Below, one piece after another: positions 18,732-28,101 of a stretch of 36,363 nt of DNA. Numbering within the stretch: the first letter of the stretch is position 1; each line of letters opens with the position of its first letter. The notes below the pieces were generated by a model. It was given only the letters and a program-made list of their open reading frames with translations, did not search any database and was not told the origin of the DNA. Origin of the DNA: Candidatus Micrarchaeota archaeon (GTDB lineage Archaea > Micrarchaeota > Micrarchaeia > Micrarchaeales > CABMGC01); contig JAKAVL010000046.1 of the NCBI GenBank assembly GCA_021817305.1, positions 1 through 36,363 on the forward strand. The letters are read 5' to 3'. The position numbers and the translations under genes are program-made.

Positions 18732-18807
18732 CACAGAGGATGCGAATACATCCCGCATAGCCTTTATATGTTTTCCATTCAATAAATAGCTTAGTTTCGG
18801 TGCAGTG

Positions 18808-21096
18808 ATGGATTTTCAGCCGGGCCCTGGCGCAGAGGATTTGAATAGGGAGGGATTCCTAAGGTCAAACAAAGCAAATCTCATTGTGCTCCTCGCATAT
18901 CTCTTTATAGCGCTCATAATTTTCTGGCCCATGACGGCCAACATCGCCGGAACTGTCGCGGGCACCGGAGGGGATCCGTACCAGAGCATGTGGAACCTGT
19001 GGTGGGTCCCTTACTCTTTATTCACATTGCACCAGAGCTTCTGGACGACAAACATGGTCTTCTGGCCCGTAGGCGCGAACCTGATATATCAGACGCTCAT
19101 GCCGCTGGGCGCAATTCTTGTATCTCCGTTCCAGTCCGTGAGCCCGATGCTCGCATACAACATGCTGTTCTTCATTGGGATAGTGATCTCGGGATTCGGC
19201 ATGTACGTGCTTTCCGATTACATAGTAAGGAACAGGTACGCAGCGTTCATCGCAGGGATCATATTCGCGTTCAGCGCTTTCCACATCGCCCAGGCGTATG
19301 GCCACCTAGATTATGCGAATATCGGTTTCGTGCCCCTGTCGATATACATGCTCCTGCGCGCCATAAACAGGGATTACATCAGGGTGAGGTACGGAAAATA
19401 CGCGACTGCGGCAGCCCTCTCATTGCTCTTTGTCCTGTGCATCTCAATTGGCGAGCTTGAGCAGGGTTTGATACTTGTCATGGCCATGGTGTTGATAACC
19501 CTGGGTTATGCCGTAAGCAGAAGCCAGAGGGCCAAGGTGCTCAACGCGGAGTTCGCTTCCCTGGCTGTCGTGTTCATAGTAGTCACTTTCGTGCTTGGGT
19601 CCTGGATGTTCATACCTGTAATCAACGGGCTTTCTACGTCGACAGTAAACCAGCTGAATGACGTATACCACAATGCCATCTGGAGCGACGACATAGTATC
19701 GTTCTTCCTGCCCAGCTATTACAACGGCGTATTCAACGGTGCTGCGCAGTCGTACATCAGTATATACCACCAGGATGCAGGGGAGACTACTTCCTACATA
19801 GGCTACGTGGCGCTTGCGCTATGCGCATACGGGGTATACCGTGCAGGCAGGCAGACCTATCTGTGGATTGCCCTAGGAGTCATATTCTTCCTTCTGGCGC
19901 TCGGCCCGTACCTCCTGATCAACAACAACGTGACCGGCGTGCCTGGGCCGTACATGATAATAAAGGCCATACCGATACTGAATGTGATCAGGGAGCCGGG
20001 GCGCTTCGACCTCATAGTCTCGGTTGCGGTCGCAATCCTCGCAGCGTTCGGGGCCAAGGCGCTCTTCGAGAGGATGCAGGGCAGCATGGGCGCGATCAAC
20101 GGCAGGAAGCTGCTCGGTGCGGCAGCAGTCATTTCCATTCTCATACTGCTGGAGACCGCTGCCCCTCCGCTTTCCGGGTCGCTTGCTGCGAACATCACCA
20201 CCACCCCGAATGTGTCGTCGCTGTACAAGTACCTTGGCAATGAAAGCGCCAGTTTCTCTGTACTGCAGCTGCCCATACTTCCTGACCAGTACAGCACGCA
20301 GCCAGGCCTTTACCCTGGAGAGGCGATGTTCTCCACCATATACACGCACAAGCCCGTGCTTGGCGGCTACCTGACAAGGGAGAATGTAACGCAGGAGTCC
20401 ACGCTGTACAACATACCAATGGTGATAGACACCTTTGACATGGAGATCGGCCTCGCGCCAGGATATTTCTCCGTGATAAACCAGAGCTACGTGAACCAGA
20501 CGCTGCTCGCCCTTTACCTCTACAATGCAACAGTAGTCACCTTGGACAAAAGCGCGTACAACGGCACGACGCTGCCTGCGGTGGCGCGGTACATGGAGGG
20601 CATCTTCGGCGCGCCCCCGTACAGTTTTTCCAATGATTCGATAGTCGGATGGAGCACGGTGAACGCCGTAAGCAGCGCCGCATTCAAGAGCTATGTTGCA
20701 TTCCCAAGCGTGTCCGAGTGGAATGCGAGCAGGTACAGAATCAACGGCACCAACGTCACTCTGTGGAAGCCCGCGGGGGATGGACTGGTACTGGCATATG
20801 CGCCTTACCTCAACGGCAATTACAACTCTGCATCGTACTCGGTCAATACCATAATAACCGTTTCAGCTGTTTCTTTGGGAGGGGCATCACAGCTCGGGAT
20901 AGGAAGGATCACGAACTCCGGAATAACAAGGATAGCGCTTCTCAACATCAGTGGCGGCATTAGGGATTACAGCTTTGCAGCAAGCCTTTCGCCAGGGGAT
21001 TATGGCAACGGCCTTGTATTCCAGCTCGGCGGGAATGGGCAGCAGAGCTCTGCGGCCGGGATAACTGGGATAAGATTCTCCCTGGGCACCAACTAA
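18808..21096 (+). CDS. Polytopic GT-C/YfhO-like membrane protein (paralog of 11234-13558)
   Basis: GGDPYQSMWNLWW, AGIIFAFSAFH, SFFLPSYYNG, IREPGRF, VLGGY. Confidence 0.72.
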   Translation: MDFQPGPGAEDLNREGFLRSNKANLIVLLAYLFIALIIFWPMTANIAGTVAGTGGDPYQSMWNLWWVPYSLFTLHQSFWTTNMVFWPVGANLIYQTLMPLGAILVSPFQSVSPMLAYNMLFFIGIVISGFGMYVLSDYIVRNRYAAFIAGIIFAFSAFHIAQAYGHLDYANIGFVPLSIYMLLRAINRDYIRVRYGKYATAAALSLLFVLCISIGELEQGLILVMAMVLITLGYAVSRSQRAKVLNAEFASLAVVFIVVTFVLGSWMFIPVINGLSTSTVNQLNDVYHNAIWSDDIVSFFLPSYYNGVFNGAAQSYISIYHQDAGETTSYIGYVALALCAYGVYRAGRQTYLWIALGVIFFLLALGPYLLINNNVTGVPGPYMIIKAIPILNVIREPGRFDLIVSVAVAILAAFGAKALFERMQGSMGAINGRKLLGAAAVISILILLETAAPPLSGSLAANITTTPNVSSLYKYLGNESASFSVLQLPILPDQYSTQPGLYPGEAMFSTIYTHKPVLGGYLTRENVTQESTLYNIPMVIDTFDMEIGLAPGYFSVINQSYVNQTLLALYLYNATVVTLDKSAYNGTTLPAVARYMEGIFGAPPYSFSNDSIVGWSTVNAVSSAAFKSYVAFPSVSEWNASRYRINGTNVTLWKPAGDGLVLAYAPYLNGNYNSASYSVNTIITVSAVSLGGASQLGIGRITNSGITRIALLNISGGIRDYSFAASLSPGDYGNGLVFQLGGNGQQSSAAGITGIRFSLGTN

Positions 21097-21103
21097 GGTC
21101 TGA

Positions 21104-22507
21104 TCAGAAGAAGCGCAGGCGCTTCCTGTGGGACTTGCCCCAGAAGCATTTTATTGAGTCGCTGGTAGAGCCGTTGGCCTGGTGCCCGTAAATAAGCATG
21201 TAGTTCTTCGCGTTCATCCTTCGGGCGTAGATCTTGGCTTCAGAGTCCACGCTTTCGCCGCTGCCGTCGTGCTTGCCCACCCTGACGCCGACCACCCCGT
21301 AATACAGGCCCAGTGACCTGCGGACCTTGTCAGAGCTTGAGAGCGCAACAACGGTGGAGTCGGGGCGCATCCCGGAAAGCATGCGCACCGTGGTGCCGGA
21401 ATGCGTCGGCACGAATATGATGTCCATGTCGCACGTATGGGATATGCCCGCTGCGGCAGCAGCTATGCCCTCATGCCCGCTGCTGGCGCTTTTCTGCGGC
21501 GTAAAATTGCTTGGCATCTCCTGTTCAGTATATGAGAGTATGTTCGAGAGCGCGGTCACTGCCTCTACAGGATGATTGCCTATGGCTGTCTCGCCGCTGA
21601 GCATTACGCAGTCGACGCCGGACTTGACTGCGTTGGCCACGTCTGTCATCTCGGCGCGGGTAGGAGTGCGGTTGTTCAACATGCTCTCCAGCATCTGCGT
21701 GGCGACTATCACGGGTTTCTTCGCGCTCCTGCATACGCGTATTATCCTGTCCTGCATGAGGGGCACCTTGCTGTAGTCTATGTTGAGCGCCATGTCGCCC
21801 CTTGCTATCATTATACCATCTGACGCCTCGGCTATGCCCTCTATGCCGTCTATCGCCTCCTGGCGCTCTATCTTTGATATGACGCCCATGCCGTCGACGA
21901 CCTTCCTTATCCTTGCGATGTCCTTCGCTGACTTGACGAACGACAGGGCTATGAAGTCGAGGTCGTTCTCCATGGCGAACTTGGCGAACTTCATGTCCTC
22001 TCCGGTCGGGGGCTCGGCATTTATCGAGGATCCCTTGACATTTATGCCCTTCCTGCTCCCTATGGCCCCGTCCTGCATTGCCTTGCAGATTATCCTGCCT
22101 TTCGACAGCTCCGTTACTAGGAGTTTTGGCTCTCCGTCGCCTATGGAGATCTCGGATTCTTTTCTCATGCCCTTGTACATGTCAAAATCGGTTGGCACCT
22201 CCGACCCCCTTGCCTTCTTTGAGTAGCACAGGACGACGCGCTGGCCCTTCCTTATCGGGATTTCGCGCTCGAGCCTCGATACCCGTATCTTAGGACCCGG
22301 AAGGTCCGCGAGTATTGCGACCTCCCTGCCTATTTCCCTCGACAGTTTTCTAATCTTGCGTATTGCGGCGAGCTTTTCCTCTAACGCGCCGTGCGAGAAG
22401 TTCAGGCGTATTATGTCAACCTGCTTTAGGATTTCGCGCAGTTTCCTGTCGTCTGCTATGCTGGGCCCGTACGTCACAATTATCTTTGTCCTAGGCATTG
22501 ATACCAT
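21104..22507 (-). CDS. pyk: Pyruvate kinase
   Basis: RTKIIVTYGP, RLNFSHG, DLPGPKIR, MIARGDM, ATQMLESM, MLSGETA. Start at 22507 or 22498. Confidence 0.97.
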   Translation of the reverse strand: MVSMPRTKIIVTYGPSIADDRKLREILKQVDIIRLNFSHGALEEKLAAIRKIRKLSREIGREVAILADLPGPKIRVSRLEREIPIRKGQRVVLCYSKKARGSEVPTDFDMYKGMRKESEISIGDGEPKLLVTELSKGRIICKAMQDGAIGSRKGINVKGSSINAEPPTGEDMKFAKFAMENDLDFIALSFVKSAKDIARIRKVVDGMGVISKIERQEAIDGIEGIAEASDGIMIARGDMALNIDYSKVPLMQDRIIRVCRSAKKPVIVATQMLESMLNNRTPTRAEMTDVANAVKSGVDCVMLSGETAIGNHPVEAVTALSNILSYTEQEMPSNFTPQKSASSGHEGIAAAAAGISHTCDMDIIFVPTHSGTTVRMLSGMRPDSTVVALSSSDKVRRSLGLYYGVVGVRVGKHDGSGESVDSEAKIYARRMNAKNYMLIYGHQANGSTSDSIKCFWGKSHRKRLRFF

Positions 22508-22580
22508 CTGCCGCCGCATCTATTTTTCAGGCAAGGTATTTAAGGCTCATGTAGGGGTAAGTTGTTTGGCGATTCCGCTG

Positions 22581-24233
22581 TCAGTCGGCTTTCGCCAGTA
22601 TCATGCCGCGCCCTGGGCCGTAGTTTGTATCGAAGGCAACGGTGTAATACACAAGCGTGCCTATGGGCGCGTTGGGAACACTGAAATCCAATGTCACATA
22701 ATCATAGCCTACCAGGGAGAAGTTATTTAGCTGGGCCAGGGAATGCGACGAGTAATTGGCAGTTGTGTAGTTCAGCCCTGTGTAGTTATCGTGCCTTGCT
22801 ATGTACCTGGTAAATTGATAGTAGGTTGCATTGATGATGCGGATGCCTTGGCATCCTGGCATGCTCTGCAGGCTCTGGTTGTACAATATACTAGCCTTGT
22901 CCCAAGGCACTATTACTGGGATTGGATGCAGAGCACACTTTACCGATACATTCGATATGTTTAGGGCGGGGTAGCCGTAATCATGGAAGGATAACAGCAT
23001 ATTTCCTTTTGATGTAAGGGCTGACGTTAATGGCAATGCCGGGCTGACATAGACTGCACCGGAGAGCGTGGTGTTTCCTACATTCACGCTTATGTTGTGG
23101 TTCCCTAGCCCCAGATGCGTGTTATATGATATTAGGTCATTGTAATACCTCGTGAACTGCGTTTTGTTGTTGTCAACGTAAAGCGTTATGCTTGGACTTG
23201 CCAGGTTGAGATTCCCGAGGTTCAGTAGCAGGGTGTTGTTTGCGTAATAAGAGAGGTCTATGTTTGGGGTTATGCTCACATTGTAGAATATCTGGGATAG
23301 TTCGTAACCCAGATACTGCACAAGGGCTAGTTTATAGAACATGCGATTAAGGGAAGAGGCATTTTCACGCGGAAGGCCGTATGGGCCGGCGGCGTCGCCC
23401 ATGAGGGACAGAACGCCGGTGCTCATCTGTGCAGGGCTTGACAAATCAAAGTAATTGCCGTTCAACGGGCCTGTCTCCGAGAGGAGTGGTGCGAGGCCCG
23501 TATATTGCCCGGTATCCAGCCCCACGCCAGGTTGGGGGGTAGTTGTAATGGCTACCAGTTCGCCTTTGAAGATCCCTGTCTTGTATAAGCTGGCGAGAGC
23601 TTCTGCGCCTGAGAGGACGCCCAGACCGGATAGCTTAAGTTCGTACACTGACTGAAGCGGGGTCGTGTTTTCTGGTATGCCAAGCTGCCTTTCCACTGTG
23701 CGGTTTATTGCGGCGTCGCCGTCGGGTTTATTGTTGTTTGACTCTAACAGGACATAGCTGCTGAATAGGTTGGAGCCTGCCCGTCCGAAGTACCCAATGT
23801 TGAGCAGTTCCTCAAGCTCTATTGCCCTAGCGTAATTGCTGTAGGCGTACCAGTCGCTTCCTTGCGCAAGCATATCGGAGAGAGCAGTGTCTTGTATTCC
23901 GGTATATCCTTGCTGATTCGCGATTGCGCTAACGGAGAGCGCATCTGAGATGTTTCCGTATGGGCCCGAAATGCCTACGAGGCCATTATATAGTGAGGTG
24001 TAGCTCGCGTTTGAGACTGCGTCTGAGCCTAACGCCGAGTAGAATGCGCTGCTGTTCATGAGCAGGTACCTGACATTTGAACCGTAGAGCAGTATCTTGC
24101 TGTTGAGCGAGGCGAGGGCAAGGCTGTTGTCTTGCGCGGTCTTGGCTGCTGGCCAAGTTAGGAACAGGTATGCTGCCGCTGCGCAGATGACGAGTATGAC
24201 AATTATTCCGTATGTCGGTCTTTTTGCCAGCAT
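22581..24233 (-). CDS. Hypothetical membrane-anchored/secreted glycoprotein
   Basis: MLAKRPT followed by a hydrophobic anchor; Asn/Ser/Tyr-rich with many sequons. The upstream ORF-track extension is antisense to the peroxiredoxin and was discarded. Confidence 0.7.
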   Translation of the reverse strand: MLAKRPTYGIIVILVICAAAAYLFLTWPAAKTAQDNSLALASLNSKILLYGSNVRYLLMNSSAFYSALGSDAVSNASYTSLYNGLVGISGPYGNISDALSVSAIANQQGYTGIQDTALSDMLAQGSDWYAYSNYARAIELEELLNIGYFGRAGSNLFSSYVLLESNNNKPDGDAAINRTVERQLGIPENTTPLQSVYELKLSGLGVLSGAEALASLYKTGIFKGELVAITTTPQPGVGLDTGQYTGLAPLLSETGPLNGNYFDLSSPAQMSTGVLSLMGDAAGPYGLPRENASSLNRMFYKLALVQYLGYELSQIFYNVSITPNIDLSYYANNTLLLNLGNLNLASPSITLYVDNNKTQFTRYYNDLISYNTHLGLGNHNISVNVGNTTLSGAVYVSPALPLTSALTSKGNMLLSFHDYGYPALNISNVSVKCALHPIPVIVPWDKASILYNQSLQSMPGCQGIRIINATYYQFTRYIARHDNYTGLNYTTANYSSHSLAQLNNFSLVGYDYVTLDFSVPNAPIGTLVYYTVAFDTNYGPGRGMILAKAD

Positions 24234-24326
24234 CACGTATAGATTCAAAGAGAGGTATAATAAGGCTTGTTGCGCGGCGCGTAGGTATAGGAATTTATAG
24301 TTTTCCTGCGGAGTAATAGCGTGATT

Positions 24327-24926
24327 ATGATGTACGCAGCATGGAGCATAGGCGAACCTGCGCCTGAGATAAAGGCGAAGGCGTGGTTCCCGGAAACAGG
24401 GAAGATAAGCGAGTTCAAGCTCTCGGGACAGAAAGGGAAATGGGTCATACTTACCTTCTACCCTGGCGACTTCACCTTCGTCTGCGCAACTGACATAGAA
24501 GCGTTCATGTCGAGCTACGAGGAATTCAGGAAGAACGGCGCGGAGATAGTGGCCATAAGCACTGACAGCGTATTCTCGCACAAGGCCTGGAGCGAGACCT
24601 CTCCGAGGGTGAAGGAAAGCAAGATACCCCTCATTGAGGACTTCAACAAGAAGATAAGCACCGATTACGGATTCCTCAATTCGGAAACAGGAGCAGCGCG
24701 GAGGGGCAGCGTTATAATAGACCCGGATGGCGTGGTACAGTACGCGGCGATACACAACGACGCCCTCGGAAAGGATGTTGACCACATATTCACCTCCTTC
24801 ATGGCCCTGAAGTATGTAAGGGACACCCCGGCAGCAGAGGGCCACGTCTGCGCGATACCTGCAAATTGGCGCATAGGCAAGCGCGCGCTTGACATAGACG
24901 TAGTGAAAGACATAGGCAAGCTGTGA
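24327..24926 (+). CDS. Peroxiredoxin (AhpC/Prx1-like, variant motifs)
   Basis: FYPGDFTFVCATD, STDSVFSHKAW, IIDPDG, VCAIPANW. Confidence 0.93.
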   Translation: MMYAAWSIGEPAPEIKAKAWFPETGKISEFKLSGQKGKWVILTFYPGDFTFVCATDIEAFMSSYEEFRKNGAEIVAISTDSVFSHKAWSETSPRVKESKIPLIEDFNKKISTDYGFLNSETGAARRGSVIIDPDGVVQYAAIHNDALGKDVDHIFTSFMALKYVRDTPAAEGHVCAIPANWRIGKRALDIDVVKDIGKL

Positions 24927-24928
24927 CC

Positions 24929-25357
24929 ATGAAAAGGGTAATGGCCTTCGGCTCTTTCGACATACTGCATCCGGGGCACATTGACTATCTAAGCAAGGCA
25001 AAGGGGCTGGGCGACTTCCTGATAGTGGTTGTCGCTAGGTCCGAGAGCATAAGGAAGCTCAAGGGCAGGATGCCGTTCTTCGATGAGAGGGACAGGCTGC
25101 GCACCATAAGGTCGCTCGGGATTGTGGATAAGGCGGTCTTGGGCAACCGCATGGGGAATCCGGAGGACAGGTATGGGGTACTGAGGAAGTACAGGCCTGA
25201 TGTGGTGGTCTTTGGCTACGACCAGAGGATTGACGTTTCAAGTGTCAGGAACTGGCTCAGGAGGAACGGGATAAAGGCCAGGGTAGTGAAGCTGCGTGCT
25301 GGGCTTATGACGCATAAGTACAAAAGCTCCAAGATAAGGAGGGCTCTTGAGGCTTAG
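24929..25357 (+). CDS. ribL: Archaeal FAD synthetase / cytidylyltransferase family
   Basis: GSFDILHPGH, PDVVVFGYDQ, SSKI. Confidence 0.8.
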   Translation: MKRVMAFGSFDILHPGHIDYLSKAKGLGDFLIVVVARSESIRKLKGRMPFFDERDRLRTIRSLGIVDKAVLGNRMGNPEDRYGVLRKYRPDVVVFGYDQRIDVSSVRNWLRRNGIKARVVKLRAGLMTHKYKSSKIRRALEA

Positions 25358-25358
25358 A

Positions 25359-25766
25359 TCAGCCGCTCTTGCTCGTCAGGGTATTGAGCTCGCATTCCCT
25401 GCAGTTCCTGTTCACGCACCCTGCGTCTATCGAGTAAAGGTCGACTCCCAATTGCTTGCTGCTGCGTATGAAGTCCTCGAATATCCTGCCCTTGTCCGTG
25501 AGGGAGTAGCTCGTGTGCACGGCCCCGTGTTTTTTTGTTTCGACCTTTTGTATGACCTGCGCCATTGAAAGGTCAGAGAGTATGTTGCTCAGGGCGCGGG
25601 GGGTTACCCCGTTCAGGCGCTTGAGCATGTAATTGAACTGAGCCTTCCTTTCCGAGGACAAAATCTCCATCACGTCTATGGTCCATCTCTTCCCCAGTAT
25701 GTGGATTAGCGAAAGGGTCTTGCACTTGAAATACAGTCTCTTCTGGGGTTTCTCGCGCGCAGGCAT
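25359..25766 (-). CDS. HxlR-family winged-helix regulator with Cys-rich C-terminus
   Basis: ILGKRW, FN.M...L.GVTPRALS..L..L, YSLTDKG; tail CVNRNCREC. Confidence 0.88.
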   Translation of the reverse strand: MPAREKPQKRLYFKCKTLSLIHILGKRWTIDVMEILSSERKAQFNYMLKRLNGVTPRALSNILSDLSMAQVIQKVETKKHGAVHTSYSLTDKGRIFEDFIRSSKQLGVDLYSIDAGCVNRNCRECELNTLTSKSG

Positions 25767-25810
25767 TTTATCGCATCGTCTATTACTGGATATAGATTTT
25801 TATATCTTGC

Positions 25811-26080
25811 TCACTGGTCCTTTATGGATTCCAGCAGGCTGAGTATGTTCCATATGACGGTGATCGCGGAAGGGGGCAGGTTTATGTCGTTGCTTACCTC
25901 GTCTATCTTGTACGTCGCGCCAGAGGCCCGTACCGAATAGCTCTCTTTGGCATCGAGGGACTTCCTCGCCTCGTCCAGCGCCGCCTTTACGTTCCTAGGC
26001 ACGCTGTTGTCGTTCAGCAATACCTCTATCTGCTGCCTTACCTGAGCTATCGTTTCGTCTATATTCTTGTCATCTGCCAT
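25811..26080 (-). CDS. UPF0147 family protein
   Basis: DNSVPRNVK, DEVSNDINLP, IWNILSLLE. Confidence 0.9.
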   Translation of the reverse strand: MADDKNIDETIAQVRQQIEVLLNDNSVPRNVKAALDEARKSLDAKESYSVRASGATYKIDEVSNDINLPPSAITVIWNILSLLESIKDQ

Positions 26081-26093
26081 GCAATCACTTTTT

Positions 26094-26182
26094 CGGGCCC
26101 GGCGGGATTCTCAAACCAGTTTTTGAACCCGCGACCATCAGATTAGAAGTCTGCCGCTCTATCCAAGCTGAGCTACGGGCCC
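26094..26182 (-). tRNA. tRNA-Arg(UCU) with 14-nt intron at 59/60 (26108-26121); no encoded CCA
   Basis: GGGCCCG/CGGGCCC acceptor stem, GCTC/GAGC D stem, anticodon loop CT-TCT-AA, T arm GCGGG-TTCAAA[AACTGGTTTGAGAA]T-CCCGC. Confidence 0.93.
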
Positions 26183-26928
26183 TCGCTGATTATTATACCG
26201 AAGTAATCTTTAATGGTTTGCATCATTCTTAAACCTATCTCATCAAAGCTTTTACCCTTGAGCTCCGACACCTTTTCGATAACCCTGGATGCGTCTGCTG
26301 GAACCCTGCCAACTAGGGGCGCGTCGGTCTCTGCGACGAGGCTCTCCGCGTCAACCGCCTTTATCACGCGCCTCAGCCTGCCAGAATCGAGCGGCGGTAT
26401 CGAAATTAGGTATCCGTGCTTCTCAGCCATTTTTGCATCGTCCTCGCTGCCTCCGAAGAAATGGAACATCGCCTTCTCGATGCCTTTCTCCTCGAGGGTC
26501 TTCAGGCACTCACCGAACATTCCCCTTGAATGTATCACAGCGGGAATGCTGAGCCTCTGTGCGATGTCCAGTTGCGCGGAGAATAGGCGCACCTGATCCT
26601 CAATGCTTATCTTATCCACGGCCTTGGTGTCCAGGCCGATCTCGCCTATCCCGACTATCTTCCGGTTCGCTTTTGCCATGCCTTCAAGGCTGTCCATCAG
26701 TTCCTGGCTGTGAAGCGTCTCTTCCGGCCCTATCCCTATGGTAGCAAAGACATCGTCTATGCGGGTCAGCCCCGAAGCGATGGCATTCGATTTGATGCTC
26801 CAGCCCGAGGTTATGATTGCGGCAACGCCATTCTTCTTTGATTCAGACACGATGGCATCCGGATTATCGAATAGCTCAAGATGGCAGTGGGCATCGACTA
26901 CGACCCCAACAGTACGGCTTTCTTTCAT
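26173..26928 (-). CDS. tatD: TatD-family deoxyribonuclease
   Basis: DAHCHL, GIGEIGLD, IHSR, FHFF, ETDAP. The stop codon lies inside the tRNA. Confidence 0.92.
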   Translation of the reverse strand: MKESRTVGVVVDAHCHLELFDNPDAIVSESKKNGVAAIITSGWSIKSNAIASGLTRIDDVFATIGIGPEETLHSQELMDSLEGMAKANRKIVGIGEIGLDTKAVDKISIEDQVRLFSAQLDIAQRLSIPAVIHSRGMFGECLKTLEEKGIEKAMFHFFGGSEDDAKMAEKHGYLISIPPLDSGRLRRVIKAVDAESLVAETDAPLVGRVPADASRVIEKVSELKGKSFDEIGLRMMQTIKDYFGIIISEGP

Positions 26929-26999
26929 TTGCACCACTGATGAACATCTAAAACGCACACAAGCCTTATATATTGTTATACAGGATAAGATACGATGTT

Positions 27000-28073
27000 A
27001 TGCCATCTTCAAAGTCGAGGACGAGGCCTAAAGCGCAGGGGCAGCGGCTCGTGTATATAGCAATGGCCCTGAGCATCGCGGCCGTGGTGATTTCCGCATT
27101 GAGCTATGCGAATCCTAGAACAGTCTACGTAAACAAGATCGGAATGGTTTACTCGAACGGCACCGCGACCGTGAACCTGACGGGCTACAACATCTCCGGC
27201 CAACTGATAACGCCATTGTATTACCTTCGGAGTTATCCTCCGATAAACGCCTCAGGAAGCCCGGGCAACACGCTGCAGGGCCTGAATGCGCAGCTTAACG
27301 CTTCGGACCTTGCGGTGATAAACGGTGCACCGGACTCGTACTTCGAGAAAGCCGGTGAGATGTACCTCAACAGGAGCCTTGCGAACAGCGTAGGCACCAC
27401 CGTTAAGAAGGTTCCCACATTCATAGTCAATGGAAAGCCCAGCGTGCTGTACTTGGGATCGATAACGTGCATATTCTGCGGGGAGAACAGGTGGGCGATG
27501 GCCCTGGCGTTGTCCCGCTTCGGGAACTTCTCTACGCTGTTCACAGGATACAGCGCCCTTGGAGACAGCGACGTACCCACCATATACTGGTCTCCTTCGG
27601 AGTACAACGCATCGAGCATGGACCTTGGATCTTTCTACAGCAGCGATTACATAAACTTCATAGCCTTCGAGAGCAGCGACCCGATAACCCTTGGGTTCGA
27701 CATACAGCCTCTGAGCGTTATGCAGCAGATAGTCAACCAGAGCGGCAACTCCGTATACATGGCCGCATTTGATTACATCATGCAGATAAACAACTTCCAG
27801 GGAACACCTTACACCATATGGGGCTCATCGCAGGTTCCTGGAGCAGACGCCGTAGATTTTGGAAACAGCACCGCGACTGCGCCGCGGCCGCTCGCGAACT
27901 GGACGCATGCGCAGGTGTTCTCGCTGCTGAAGAACCCTAACTCGCAGTTCGCATGGACAGAATACGCGGCAGCTGACCTTTACATAGCAATGACGTGCGC
28001 CTCGATAAACAACACGGCCCCGGTGTGCCAACTCCCTGCAATCTCGCAGATAGAGAGGGCAAACGGCTACTGA
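27000..28073 (+). CDS. DUF929-like membrane-anchored thioredoxin-fold protein
   Basis: N-terminal anchor, NGKPSVLYLGSITCIFCGENRWAMALALSRFGNFS, C-terminal C...APVC. Confidence 0.8.
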   Translation: MPSSKSRTRPKAQGQRLVYIAMALSIAAVVISALSYANPRTVYVNKIGMVYSNGTATVNLTGYNISGQLITPLYYLRSYPPINASGSPGNTLQGLNAQLNASDLAVINGAPDSYFEKAGEMYLNRSLANSVGTTVKKVPTFIVNGKPSVLYLGSITCIFCGENRWAMALALSRFGNFSTLFTGYSALGDSDVPTIYWSPSEYNASSMDLGSFYSSDYINFIAFESSDPITLGFDIQPLSVMQQIVNQSGNSVYMAAFDYIMQINNFQGTPYTIWGSSQVPGADAVDFGNSTATAPRPLANWTHAQVFSLLKNPNSQFAWTEYAAADLYIAMTCASINNTAPVCQLPAISQIERANGY

Positions 28074-28101
28074 GGGCTGTGTTTCCCGTTTATAAGACAG
28101 T

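Noticed and set aside
24234-25001. First ~255 aa of the 806-aa ORF
   Set aside because: Antisense shadow of the peroxiredoxin; the signal anchor begins at 24233.
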